The notes: generated by a model from the letters alone, not told the origin. 64,000 nucleotides of DNA from Mobula hypostoma (GCF_963921235.1 NC_086109.1:14014001-14078000), one strand, 5' to 3'. Numbered from the stretch's first letter, positions 13,335 to 26,079 are shown. Translations and numbers: made by a program.

Positions 13335-13872
13335 AGTCATAATCATAGTCTAACTTTATTGATCCCGGGGGAAATTGGTTTTTGTTACAGTTGCACCATA
13401 AATAATAAATAGTAATAGAACCATAAATAGTTAAATAGTAATATGTAGATTATGCCAGTAAATTATGAAATAAGTCCAGGACCAGCCTATTGGCTCAGTG
13501 TGTCTGACCCCCCCCCCCAAGGGAGGAGTTGTAAAGTTTGATGGCCACAGGCAGGAATGACATCCTATGATGCTCTGTGTTGCATCTCGGTGGAATGAGT
13601 CTCTGGCTGAATGTACTCCTGTGCCCACCCAGTACATTATGTAGTGGATGGGAGACATTGTCCAAGATGGCATGCAACTTAGAAAGCATCCTCTTTTCAG
13701 TCACCACTGTGAGAGAGTCCAGTTCCATCCCCACAACATCACTGGCCTTACGAATGAGTTTGTTGATTCTGTTGGTGTCTGCTACCCTCAGCCTGCTGCC
13801 CCAGCACACAACAGCAAACATGATAGCACTGGCCACCACAGACTTGTAGAACATCCTCAGCATCGTCCGGCA
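13335..13872 (-). mobile_element. Rex1/Babar LINE 3' end
   Basis: ORF 13495-13863 MLRMFYKSVVASAIMFAVVCWG..INKLIRKA..SHPLH..SFLPVAIKLYNS. Confidence 0.85.
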
Positions 13873-14524
13873 GTCTCCTCAGGAAATAGAGACGGCTAAT
13901 AATTTATTTATAGTGCATTTTTCATACAAAGTCATTCAAAGTGCTTTACAATGGGATAAAATGCAGACATGAAAATAAAAGATCATTTTGAGTGTGTTAC
14001 TTCAAGGCTAATGTCTGCTTTGATCCTTGAGCTGGTAAATTGGCTTATTATTGTCACGTGTACTGAGGTACTAGGGAAAAACTTTGATCTCAGCACCATC
14101 TTTACAGATAATTTAATTACGATAGTGTATTGAGATTTTTCAGGGGAAATCAGTAACAGAATGCAGAGAAAGTGCAGTGTTGGCAGGCAATGAGGTGCAA
14201 GACCATGACGTTGTAGATTCTGAGGTCAAGAGCCCTTCTTATCATACAAGGAGACCATTCAATAGTCTTATGACAGCGGAGTAGAAGACACTCTTAAACA
14301 TGGTGGCGCATGCTTTCAGGCTTTTGTGTCTTTGGCCTGATAGGATGGAGGAGGAAGGAGAATGTGCAGGATGCGTGGGGTCTTTGATTATTTCAGCTGC
14401 TTTACCGAGGCAGCAGAAAGTGCTGACAGAGCCCGTAGAGCGGAGGCTGGTTTTTGTGATATGCTGAGCTGTTCCCTTGGCTCTCTGCAGTTTTCTGTGG
14501 TTACAGGCAGAGCAAGTGCCAAAC

Positions 14525-16210
14525 CATAAGAGCAGAATTAGGCCATTCGGCTCACTGAGTCTGCTCTGCCATTTCACATTAGCTGATCTATTGCCCTCTT
14601 AGCCTTCCCCCGTATCCCTTCATGCCCTGACTAATCAAGAATCTATCGAACTCTGCCTTAAATATACCCAATGACTTGGTTTCCACAGCTGCCTGTGGCA
14701 ATGAATTCCACAGATTCACCACTCTCTGGCTAAAGAAATTCCTCCTTATCCCCATTTTAAATGTATGTCCTTCTATTCTGAGGCTGTGTCCTCTGGTCTT
14801 AGACTCCCGCACCACAGGAAGCATCCTCATCACATCCACTCAGTGCACGACTTTCAACATTTGATAGGTTTTAATGAATTCCAGTGAGTACAGGCCGAGA
14901 GCCGTCAAACAGTCCTCATATGATAAGTCTTTCAATCCGAGGATCATTTCCGTGAGCCTCCTTTGAACTCTCTCCAATGTCGGTATATCCTTTCTAAAAT
15001 GAGGTCCTAAACTGCTCATGATACCCCAAGTGAGGCCTCGCCAGTGCCTTAACATATTCTAGTCCTCTCAAAATGAAAGCCAACATTGCATTTGCCTTCC
15101 TCCCCACTGACTCAACCTGCAAGTTAACCTTTAGGGAATCCTGCACAAGGACTCTCAAATCCCTTTGTGCCTCAGATTTTTGTATTTTCTCTCAATTTAG
15201 AAAATATTTTATGCTTTAATTTCTTTTACCAAAGTGTACGACCATACACTTCCAACACTATATTCCACCTGCAACTTTTTTGGTCATTCTCCTAATATGT
15301 CTAAGTCCTTCTGTAGCCTCTGTATGTCTTCAAAACTACCTGCCCTCCACCGACCTTCATATCATCTGCAAACTTTGTCAGAAAGTCATCAATTCTGTCA
15401 TCCAAATCATTGACATATAACAGAAAAAGAAATGGTCCCAACACAGACCTCTGTGGAACTCCACTAATCATCAGCAGCCAACTAGAAAAGACTCCCTTTA
15501 TTCCCACTCGTTACCTCCTGCCAATCAGTCACTGCTTTACACATGCTAGAATTTCTCCTGTAATACCATGGACTCTTTACTTGTTAATCAGCCTCATGTG
15601 TGGCACCTTGTCAAAGGCCTTCTGAAAATCCAAGTACACAACATACACAGATTTTCCTTTGTCTATCCTGCCTGTTATTTCTTCAAATAATTCCAACAGA
15701 TTTGTCAGGCAAGACTTTCCTTTGAGGAAACCATGCTGACTGCAGCTTATTTTATCATGTGCCTCCAAATACCCTGAAACCACATCCTTAACAATCAACT
15801 CCAATATCTTCCCATCCACTGAGGTCAGACGAACTGGCCAATAATTTCCTTTCTTCTGCCTCTCTCCCTTCTTGAAGAGTGGAGTGACATTTGCAATTTT
15901 CACTTCCTCTGGAACTAGCATCAGTTGATACTTGAAAGTTCATAGCTAAAGACATTGTGAAGGCATTAGCAACCTCTTTCAGAGCCTTGAGGTGTAGACG
16001 TTTCAGTTTTCCAAGATCCTTCTCCCTTGTAATGGCAACCTCACACACGTCTGCCCCCTGAACTTTTGGCATGCTGCTAGTATCTTGCACAGTGAAAACT
16101 GATGCAAAATATTTTTCATTTCATCTACTATTTCCTGGTCTCCCATTACTACCTCCCCAGCATCGTTTCCCAATGGCCCAATATATACTCTTGCCTCTGT
16201 TTTACACCTC
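14525..16210 (-). mobile_element. CR1 LINE, 5'-truncated, frameshifted
   Basis: [71 protein letters not shown]. Confidence 0.92.
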
Positions 16211-16539
16211 ATGTATCTGAAGTGTTGTGGGTCCTGGTTATATCATCCATTATGTGCACACCAAGGAACTTTGTAATCTTCACTCTCTTCATGGCACAGC
16301 CTTTGGTGTGCAATGGAGAGTGGTTGACCAATGCCTTCCTGAGATCCACAATCTCTTGTATCTTGTCCATGTGGCGACTGATGTTCTTGTTCTTGGCAAC
16401 ATTTGACAAGCCTCCAATTAGGGTATTTTCTTTGGCTCATCTATTAAAAGATTGTGTGGGTCAAAGGAGACATGCCTGATATATCTCTTTGCCAAAGTAA
16501 GGTTGTTGTTCCAGTCATAATTAATGATTGCTTGCGTAA

Positions 16540-17140
16540 ATTGCTTGAAAACGATAGGCAAGCATGACTGAAAGGTGATTTGCATGTTTGGTGATTGAGT
16601 ATGGCTTGGTTTTACATTATTGATGACACAAAGTTATGTAGGAGGGACTGGTCTGATGAGAATATTCATGCTCTGAAGCAGTGTATAGGTAGGTTGTGTG
16701 AGTGGGCAAATACTCAGGAAATTGATTGAAATATGTGACAATGTAAAAGAAATCAGTAGGCAGATTATAATCTGTGAAGACAGACAGGAAATGATTAGCA
16801 TATTGAGAGATTCTTAAGCATGTAACCCAATAAGAGCAAATAGTTTTCGAGGGCACATGAAAAGGGGTTAGAATTTTGAAATGAAGACATAATGTTACAA
16901 TATTGGGGGGTTACCTGTGAGGCCACACCTAAAGTAATATGCAATATTGGTTCCCTTGCTTGACAAATAGAGAAATTAGATTTGGAGCCAATCCAGAAGA
17001 GATTCACTTGACTGATTCCTTGATGAAAGATTTATCCAGACATCAATAGTTAAAAAAGGTTAGGTCAGTATGCCTTCAAGTTTCTAAGGAGGAAAGCTAT
17101 TCTTATTGAAATATACAGTATGAGATCATAAAAGGGCATG
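16540..17140 (+). mobile_element. Old CR1 fragment
   Basis: Decayed DDTKL, RPHL-Y..QYW, and IQKRFT-LIP motifs. Confidence 0.55.
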
Positions 17141-20100
17141 ACAATTTCAAAGCTCAAAGTAAATCTATTATCAAGGTATATATAATGTCACTATATACAA
17201 TGCAGAGATTCGTTATCTTGTGGATATTCAAGAAGGTACAATGTAATCAATGAAATCAATGTAAAACACAAAGATGAACAAACTACCATTATGCAAAAAA
17301 GGCAAACTGTGCAAACACAAAAAAAAGAAATTAATTAATTCATTCATTAGATTAAGCTGTAGAGTCCTTGAAAATGAGTCCACAGGTTGTAGAATCAGTT
17401 CAGTGTTAAGCTGTATGAAGTTACCCATACTGGTCCAGGAACCTGATGGTTGAAGCGTAATAATTGTTCCTGAACCTGGTGACATGGGACCTGAGGCTCC
17501 TCTACCTCCTTCCTGATGACAGCAACGAGAAGAGCACATGGCCTGCCCGGCTCGATGCAGACATGTTTTCACAGGTGGGAGAATCTCGTGTGAGGGGACA
17601 CAATTATAAGTTTAGTAGGCAGTCACTTAAGTCTGGGAGAGGTAAGAATTTCTCACAGAGGTTAGTGAACTGACCTAGAGGCTGGATCATTGGAGATATT
17701 TGAAAAGAAGATAGGTAAGGTGCTGCTGGAACACTTCTTTGCTCCAACACCAGCTGGAAATCTCTGGAAATGCTACAAAAAGAATAACTATTGACCAGGG
17801 CAATGAGGAAAACATCTTAGCTTCTTGAAAGAATGCCACCTTCTAAATACATACCTTTTTATCTCCAGAGGGGCTGAACATCTCCCAGAAAAAAGGCACA
17901 TTTGACAAAGGGAATACTGCACTGTGATGTCAGACAAAATTCTGCCCTCAAGGCTCCAGTGCGGGTTTTGAACTTGTGACTCTGACTCAGACGCACTGGG
18001 TGTAACAATCGATGTCTATCTTCAATGCAAGCTAACAGTCACAAGATTGTCTTGTTAAAGCTTGCATGTACATACTAATACCGATTAGATTTTGTTGGGA
18101 AGAGGATAGTCTCCAAAAACCAGTGCCTAATTCTGATGTAGGAATGTAACTTGGTAAAATCCGTCCAGGGGCAGGGGACACTTCTCAGGTGTCCAACAGC
18201 TGGAGTGTTCCAGTTGGTTTGGGTTTTTATTTATTTAGAGATACAGCACGGTTAACAGACCTTTTGGCCTAATGAGCCTGCACTGCCCAATTACACCCAG
18301 TGACCAATGACCTGACCAACCCATCTATCGTTGATGTTAGAAGAAACTGGAGCACTTGGAGGAATCACAAGTGGTCACGCGGATAACGTGCAAACTCCTT
18401 CTGGACAGTGGTGTGAATTGAACTAGGGTCGCTAGTGCTGGAATAACATTATGCTAACCAGTTGTATCTGCTCTTTCTGTTACCTGGTCCAATAACCCCA
18501 GTAGTTCACAGTGCCCTTCACCACAAAATCAGAAAGAGGATCAAATATTTTTCTTGAGAAAGGTTCAGTCTTTTCATTATTAAAACCCCAGTAACGGAGC
18601 CATAAATAATTTAGTCTCAAACACCAATGCCCAAGAAAGGAAAAGCCCATGAGAAGTGGTGGATATAACCCAATACATCTCAAGCAAAGCCCACCCCACC
18701 ATTGAGCACATTGACAACAAGCACTACCACAGGAAAGCAGCATCTACCAACAAGGACCTCCACCATGTCAGCCATGCCCTCTTCTCACTGCTGCCATCAG
18801 CAAGGAGGTTCAGGAACCAGGTTCAGGAACAGTTATTCCCCTTCAACAATCAGGCTCCTGAACCAACGTGGATAAATTCACTCTCCTCAGCACTGACCTG
18901 ATTTCACAACCTACGGTCTCGCTTTCAAGGACTCTACAACTCATGTTCTCATTTACTTTTTTTTGTCTTTGCACAGTTTGTCTTATTTTGCTCATTGGTT
19001 GTTTGTCAGTCTTTGTGTGTAGTTTTTCACTGATACTATTGTACTTCTTTGTTCTACTGTGCATACTTGCAAGAACATGAATGTATATGGTGACGTTTAC
19101 TTACATTGACAATAAAATTAATTTTTCTTACCTTACAAATAACTCTGCTTTCAAATATACCTCACTTTTTCTTAGCAAATGCCATTGCACAATTAGTGCA
19201 GATGCTTCTTCCCCTCTGATATCAGGTCCAAGAGCCCATGAGCAGTACCTTATTATTCCATGTTTGGCACTATTTATTTAATTTGTAATTTACGGTAATT
19301 TCATGTCCTTGCACTTTACTGCTGCCACAAAACAATGCACTCATGTCATATTATGACAGAGATAATAAATCTGATTCTGATAATGGAAGTTTAAAGAATG
19401 TGCACAATTTTGTAAATCCAAGTACAGTTGGTTTAACCTAGAGGAATTTAGTGCACTCTTACTTGTATTTGGTAAATCCTTAATAAATTTCACAGTGATT
19501 ATAAACCTGATTTTGATTCTGAAGTGATGGAAGTTTTATCAAGTAATATTCCTTGAATAGGCTGCAGTAATTTACCCAGATTACACAAATACAACTATCA
19601 GTCCTTCATCACTGAGTGTAAATCCTGGGGCAGTTAACATCGAAACATGCTTGGATTAGCTTCAGAAATACTGCAGCAGTTCAAGGAAGCAACTCACCAT
19701 CATCTTCTGAACAACCACGGATGAGCAGTGAACAATGACCTTTAAAATCATGTCCATACAATGTATTTGAATAAACAACATTAGTTAACTTTTGCCCTTA
19801 AAACCTTGACTTAAGTTTCTAATTGAACTAAGCTGAAGTAAAAACAGAGGAAATTGTATTGAAATTTATTTGTTTTGATACAGAGTGGCCTCTCCAGTGT
19901 TCAGTGATCAGCTGTTCATGGTGTGATTTTACTTGATAGAAGATCTGATCTTTGTGTCCCACTGGGAAAATTACTATCCAGTCTTTGGAGACACATTTTC
20001 CTTGAGGTCTTTCTCATTCTAATTAATGTTGAAGATGTTAAAATCTCTCTGGGTTTTCATGAATGTGCTATTAGATTCTGTTTTAATCCTTTAGTAAGGA

Positions 20101-23028
20101 CTACATCACTGAGTGAGTTGTGTTAACCATTCAATGCCCAATCTCCTGTTCACAGAGATGTATTCCTTAGTTCTAAGGAGTTCTTAAACAAACTATATTT
20201 GTTCAAGGCTGGGAGAATTTCTGATTCATGTACTGAGCTTTTACTGGGAAAAGTTACATATAAGGAATAAATTTAACACTTTTAATGAAAATTGTGCTGA
20301 AGTTGACAGAAACAATATCATCCGTATATTTGCAAATGGTGAGATATGCTATCTTGACTTCTATTGCAGTTTGGTAACTGAGTGTGATCTGATCACCCTC
20401 CAGGAAGCTTTGTTCTTATAACTGGGTGTAACAGATGATACCTATCTTCTCGGCAGGTTGCAGGAACTTCTCAATTAACTTTACGCCTATTTAACACTGA
20501 TCGGATTGTGTTGGTAAGTGTCACTTCTCTAAAAGTTGGCATCCGTTTCTAAAGTTTGAGGATAGCTTGGCAATACACTCTAATGACACCATTTTACACA
20601 AAAGAAGCTAGAAAATTCCAATTGGCTTTTGTTTAATGTGTGATCTTAGGAAGGAAAACTGAAAGAAGCAGTGAATATAACGTAAATTTTAACCTTCATT
20701 AGAGTTTAAAACCAAAAGAGTTACAGTTCTTATCACCATAAGCTAGACGTAGGTTTTGATTATTTTACATAAATTGATAGTGAAATTTCCTAATATTAAA
20801 AATGTCATAATGGGTTCATAAATGAGTTTGTGTTCTAGAAGTTTAATGCAAATATACGTTCATTTGGTTTCAGTATATATATCATAATCACTATAGATAG
20901 TACCAAAAATTAAAAGAACGGAAATTCAAAGCCAGATTTTGTTTTTCAAAATATAACTTCAGATTACTGGCGTGAAGTTTTTGTTTAATTTGCAATAATT
21001 TTTGTTTGCAACAACTTTACATATTTTTTCCAAACCCTTCCCTCACACCACCATTTCGTCAGCAGAACTGGCATTTCAAGACTGGGGACCTAAAATGATA
21101 CATCGTGTTTAGGTCTTTGCAGTGTCTTTCATTCGTTTTGAAAACTTCCGCACTGGAAGTGGGGTGGGCCCTGACAAACCAAACGAGCCACACCCTTTGA
21201 TGAACCAATCACCATTTGGTGTTTGTGCTAGTAGCCCACATTTCTGGGTTTGCAGGTGTTCTGAGGATTAACTTGGTTCTCTTAAGTTTGACTTGTATCA
21301 GGAAACCTACCAGCAGGTAGTTATATTGAACTGGGGAGGAGGAACAGGAACCTTAGGTTCCACACCACGAGGTTCCAGAACGGTTATTACCCTTCAACCA
21401 TCAGAGCTTCTGAACCAGGCTCCTAGAGGGGAAGAAGCTGTTTCTAAAACGTTGAGTGTGCATCTTCATGCTCCTGTACCACCTCCTCGATGGTAGTAAT
21501 GAGAAGAGGACATCTCTCAGATGGTGGGGTCATTATTGATGGATGCTGTCTACTTGAGATATCACCTTCGGAAGATGTCTTTGATGGTGGGGAGGCTTAT
21601 GCCCATCATGGAACTGGCTGAGTCGACAACCCTCTGCCGGTTTTTTTTTTGATCCTGTGTGTTGGTGCCTTTACACCAGACAGAATGATCTTCACAGTAC
21701 ATCTGTAGAAGTTTGCTAGAGTCTTTGCCAATGTATTATTCAAGGGCTATTTTCTAAATCAGTCAAATGTTAATACCTAGCAATATTGCAGAAGAGATGC
21801 AGAGTGTCTGAGATTGTGTGAGATAGAATATGCTTGCATTTACTTAGTTCTGAGAAACATGCTGACATCCTAGAATCAACTGAATTGATTTGGAATCAGG
21901 TCAAAGATGTGTGTAGTCAAAACTCAATTCTCACTGCAAAATTTTGAGTAGAGCACAAACAGAGACTTGTAGACCAAATGTACAACCAACCACAGAGCAA
22001 AGGGAGGTGAGAGAAGTTAGAGTATCTAAAGAGTGATGATTGAACTAAAGTTTCATGCCTCGGGGTAAATGAACCATGACACCGAGTTCAGAAACAAGAT
22101 CAGACGACCCCCACAATGCAGGGTGGGGTAAGGGTTGAGTTCCCAGAAAAACTGTGTGCATCAAAATTCTCCGTAAGAGATACACCAAGAAATGACAGTT
22201 GGAAAAAAATGGTACAAAAATTCCATGAGATTATTTTTTTATTCCATTTCTCTGATTTTTGGGAAGTGATTTGTGAATTTCAGTTGGTGAATTTCCATTA
22301 CCCAAACGGCTGTGTGAGTCACCAATACTCAAACCAGTCTGTCAGCTTATACCAAGGATTGTTCATGGTTTAAAGTAAATTCTATTATAAAACTACATAT
22401 GTCACTACATACAATCCTGAGATTAATATTCCTGTGATCATACTCAGTAAATCTATAGAATAGGAACTAGAACAGGACCAATGAAGGATTATTCAGAAGA
22501 CAACAAACTATGCAAATATAAATAGGTAGCAATAAATAACTAGATCATGCAATAACAAGATAAAGAATCCTTAAAGTGAGACCAGTGGTTGTTGGAACGT
22601 CTCAGTGGATGGGTGAGTGAGTGCAGTTATTCCATTTTGTTCAAGAGCCTAATGGTTGGGGGGCATCAATTGTTCTTGAACATGGTGGTGTGAGTCCTGA
22701 GGCTCTTGTACCTTCTACCCGATGGCAACAGCGAGAAAAGAGCATGCCTGCTTGGTGAGGATCTCCAAGGATGGAATTTGACTTTAAATTCAAGAGCTTT
22801 ACCATATCAAGTTGTATTCCTTTGTGAAATAACCTCCTGGGGCTGGAGGCCCATCTCTGTGTGAGTGGGAGGGAAGAGGGTTGCTTTCTGTTTTTGTTTT
22901 GTTGCTTGTGTTGTTCTGCTGAATGTGTAGTGACACTTGGAAGCTGCCTCCAGCAAATCAGAATCGGGTTTAATATCACAGGGATATGTTGTGAAATTTG
23001 TTGTTATTTGGCAGCAGTGCATTGCAAT

Positions 23029-23333
23029 TGTGGGCACGTGGCCAAGTGGTTAAGGCATTGGACTAGCGACCTGAAGGTTGTGAGTTCGAGCCTCAGCCGA
23101 GGCAACATGAGCAAGGCACCTAATCACACATTTCTCTGTGACGACACTGGTGCCAAGCTGTATGGGTCCTAATGCCCTTCCCTTGGACAACATTGGTGTC
23201 GTGGAGAGGGGAGACTTGCAGCATGGGCAACTGCTGGTCTTCCATACAACCCTGACCAGGCCTGCGCCCTGGAGAGTGAAGACTTTCCAGGTGCAGATCC
23301 ATGGTTTCGCAAGACTAACGGATGCCTTATATA
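23029..23333 (+). mobile_element. tRNA-derived SINE with RTE-like tail
   Basis: A box tggccaagtgg, B box gagttcgagcc; 3' end gagactaacggatgcc-like (aagactaacggatgcc); 9-bp TSD cattgcaat at 23020-23028 and 23334-23342. Confidence 0.8.
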
Positions 23334-23390
23334 CATTGCAATAATACATAATAGTAAAAACTGTGAATTACAGTGAATATATATATATAT

Positions 23391-23932
23391 GTTCGTCCAT
23401 CATTGACGTCGATGAGGACCTCGACACCATTATGATGTATTTGGATTTAAGTGAGGAAGCGTTGCGCAGTGTCAGCCTCACTCTCTCTTCCCAATTCCCA
23501 TCTGGATCCAGTGGCAAGACAGAGTCTAGACGGCTGGAGATGGGACTAGGCGCAGTGGATGACCAGGACGTCTTCTGTGTCTTGTCCTGCTCTACACGTT
23601 CCACGACGCTTGCAGAGACCGCCGCCTTGACCGTTGGACCTTCCATTGGTCTCGTCCACTCAATCCGCCGGAGTCTGTCTTCACATGCTGGGATAGACAA
23701 CTCCCTATCTCACCGAGGGTTTGAGACCTGTCGGCTACCCTCACCTGGTTTAGCCGGCTTGTCGAAGCCGTTGCCCGGGGTGTGGCCGCTGTCACATGCA
23801 AACAGCTACGGGGAGCCACAGGTGAGAGCTGAGTGCCAGGTGGGGACCAAAGGTGGACCAACTGCCCTGAAAAGGACGCGACATGTTCCCCCACCAGAGG
23901 TGCTTCCCCCCCCCCGACACCCCAAACACCCC
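23391..23932 (-). mobile_element. Non-autonomous bipartite RTE-derived retroposon (RTE 5' UTR joined to RTE 3' end), inserted in a (TA)n tract
   Basis: GC-rich 542-bp block flanked by TA repeats on both sides. On the minus strand it ends in ...gtcaatgatggacgaac, an RTE-like 3' end. Internal motifs (gagagagtgaggctgac...cctcacttaaatccaa; ctctcacctgtggctcc) resemble recalled RTE-1-type 5' UTRs. Confidence 0.65.
23738..23932 (-). ncRNA. HDV-like self-cleaving ribozyme at the 5' end of the RTE-derived element
   Basis: Minus-strand fold: P1 GGGGUGU (23932-23926, second copy 23923-23917) with ACACCCC (23783-23777). P2 CUCUCACCUGU (23828-23818) with ACCAGGUGAGGG (23749-23738). P3 GGC/GCC. L3 begins UCC and can pair with GG after P1 (P1.1). 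P4 CGGCUU-cgac-AAGCCG. J4/2 is G-C-U-A-A, with the catalytic-position C at 23753. Confidence 0.75.
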
Positions 23933-23959
23933 TATATATAATATATATAATATATTATA

Positions 23960-24356
23960 TAGAATAGTTAGATTAAATAAGTAGTGCAAAAAAGTAGTGA
24001 GGTAGTGTTCGTGCATTCAATGTCCATTTAGAAATGTGATGGCAGAGTGGGAAGAAGCTGTTCCTGAATCATTGAGTGTGTGCCTTCAGACTCTAGTACC
24101 TCCTACCTGATGGTAGCAGTGAAAAGGGGGCATGTCCTGGGCAATGGGGTACCTTAACGATGGATGCCGTCTTTTTGAGGCATGACTCCTTGAAGGTGGC
24201 CTGGATGTTACGGAGGGTGGTGCCGTGATGAGCTGACTGAGTTCACAAATTTCTGCAGTTTCTTTTGATCCTGCGCAGTAAACCCATCCCCTCCACCCAT
24301 ACCAAACAGTGATGCAGCCAGTTAGAATGCTCTCTATGGTACATCTGTAGAAATTT
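23960..24356 (-). mobile_element. Rex1/Babar-like LINE fragment; its 3' part continues to about 22958 and is split by a SINE and the RTE element
   Basis: Minus strand FYRCTIESILTGCITVW..LPSGRRY; the tail atcagaatc is at 22958. Confidence 0.7.
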
Positions 24357-24689
24357 TAGGTTGTGCTTTCTGTTACTGCAAATAATGCATTTCACTATAT
24401 GTTTCGATGTACCTGTGATAAATAAATAAAGCTGAAGCATAAGATTGCCTGAAATCCATTTCTCTCCATTTTGTGCATCTTTTGGCAACAACATCGTATA
24501 CTTCAATATATTTGTAACCCTCCAGCTAATGTTGCTGGAACGAGTGATTTTTGTCATTAAGCTCATTTTCTATTTCTACTCTTTCTGTTGAAATGACTTC
24601 AGATCTGATTTAAGGGCCTTCCCTTTGAAAACAGAAAGCAGCACTGTGGTAATTATCATTCATATTTGTTGTTGGACACATTTTATTAT

Positions 24690-25205
24690 AATAATAACAA
24701 TAACTTATTTAGATCACTTTTCATATGAACAATGTAGTTCAAAGCTCTTTACAATGGGATAAAGTGCAAACAAGAAAATAGAAGACAAAAAATGTTAGTT
24801 AAAAGCAAGGTAGAATAAATAGGCTTTGAACTGACATTTAAAAGTGTCGACTGCATCTGCATCCCTTATCATTTTAGGTATTGCGTTCCACAGTTTCGGA
24901 GCGTAGTTCTAAAGAGCTGACCTACCAATTATCTCTTGAGGAAGACTGTTCAAACTTAAAGAGACCGGCGGAAGAAGAACTGAGAGTTTGAGTGGGATTA
25001 TAAAACTAACAGTTTCAGCCCATTGAGAGTTTCAAGAACTAGTAGGAGAACTTAAAAATCAATTCTAAAAAGTAGAAGAAGCCGATGCAGAGTAGTTGGG
25101 ACAGGAGTGATATGCTTCCTCATTCTGGTTTTACTTATAAGTCAAGCAGTGACATTCTGACTGAATTGAAGTCTGTCTATAGATTGCTTTGGAAAGCCAT
25201 TCAAC
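24690..25205 (-). mobile_element. L2 LINE 3' end
   Basis: Minus strand QNVTA*LISKTRMRKHITPV..LH..FRIDF. The same 3' UTR occurs at 10590-10870 (+) and 13898-13985 (-). Confidence 0.7.
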
Positions 25206-25324
25206 TATATTTTTACTTTTGGCGGTTTTTTTTACTAAGTATTCCCTTTCCCCATTCCAATCCCATGCTCGATCAGCCTGACAATGTTGGTTTCTTGAAA
25301 GTGATTTACTTCTGAGTTCAGAAC

Positions 25325-25640
25325 AAGGTATATGAAATTCTGAGGGGATAGAGAGGGTAAATGAAAGCAGGCTTTTCCCAGTGAGGTTGGGTGAGTCATA
25401 GATGTCATAGGTTAAGGGTGAAAGGTGAAAAGTTTAAGGGAACATGCAGGGGAAATTCACTCAGGGCGTGTAGACCTAGCTGCCAGCAGAAATGGTGGAT
25501 GTGGGTTCAGTTTCAAAACTTAAGGTAAATTTGGATAGATACATTGATGGGAAGGGTATAGAGGGCTGTGGTCACAGGCTGACAGAGCTAATTCTGCATG
25601 GACTAGATGAGCTGAAGGGCCTGCTTCTGTTCTGTAGTGT
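25325..25640 (+). mobile_element. CR1 3' fragment
   Basis: VYEILRGIERVN..FKGN..KVNLDRYIDG plus 3' UTR. Confidence 0.7.
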
Positions 25641-26079
25641 TCTGACCCTTAACTATGATTCAGACCATACGTCTTTTTTTCCCCCTCTGCCCATTGTCAT
25701 TCTCTGGGGTGGGAGTCTGGCACCATGTTATGGAGGAATCATCCCGGGTCGAGTTTCACTGGGCCCACTCTGTGAGTTAGTGCGTCGGAGAGATCAGTGG
25801 TTAAACCATCTAGCGGCTGACTTACCCGCCCCCTCTGGGAACTTGTCAAACATTATCAGAGTGCCCGTTTTGGAATGGGAGCTGCTGTTCCATTGTAGAG
25901 ATTCCACTCTCTGATTAGACTCACCCTCCTGACATTATTCATTAAAACCAGTGCATATTTTCTCACTTTCTCACCTCTGCTTGTTCAGAGCCTGTTGCGG
26001 TTAAGGTGTTTCCACCAGTTAGAACAGCTGCAATGTGATCCTGATATGTCTGGTGCTGATGGGCATATTTCCATAAGTC

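Noticed and set aside
23030..23105. tRNA-like sequences here and at 6183, 53363 and 54583
   Set aside because: They have A/B boxes but no proper acceptor stem, and they continue into SINE bodies (with TSDs at 23029 and 53361). They are SINE heads, not tRNA genes.
23363..23941. 192-aa ORF on the + strand, one of the longest in the track
   Set aside because: It is antisense to the GC-rich RTE-derived retroposon, starts and ends in TA microsatellite flanks, and has no recognisable domain.
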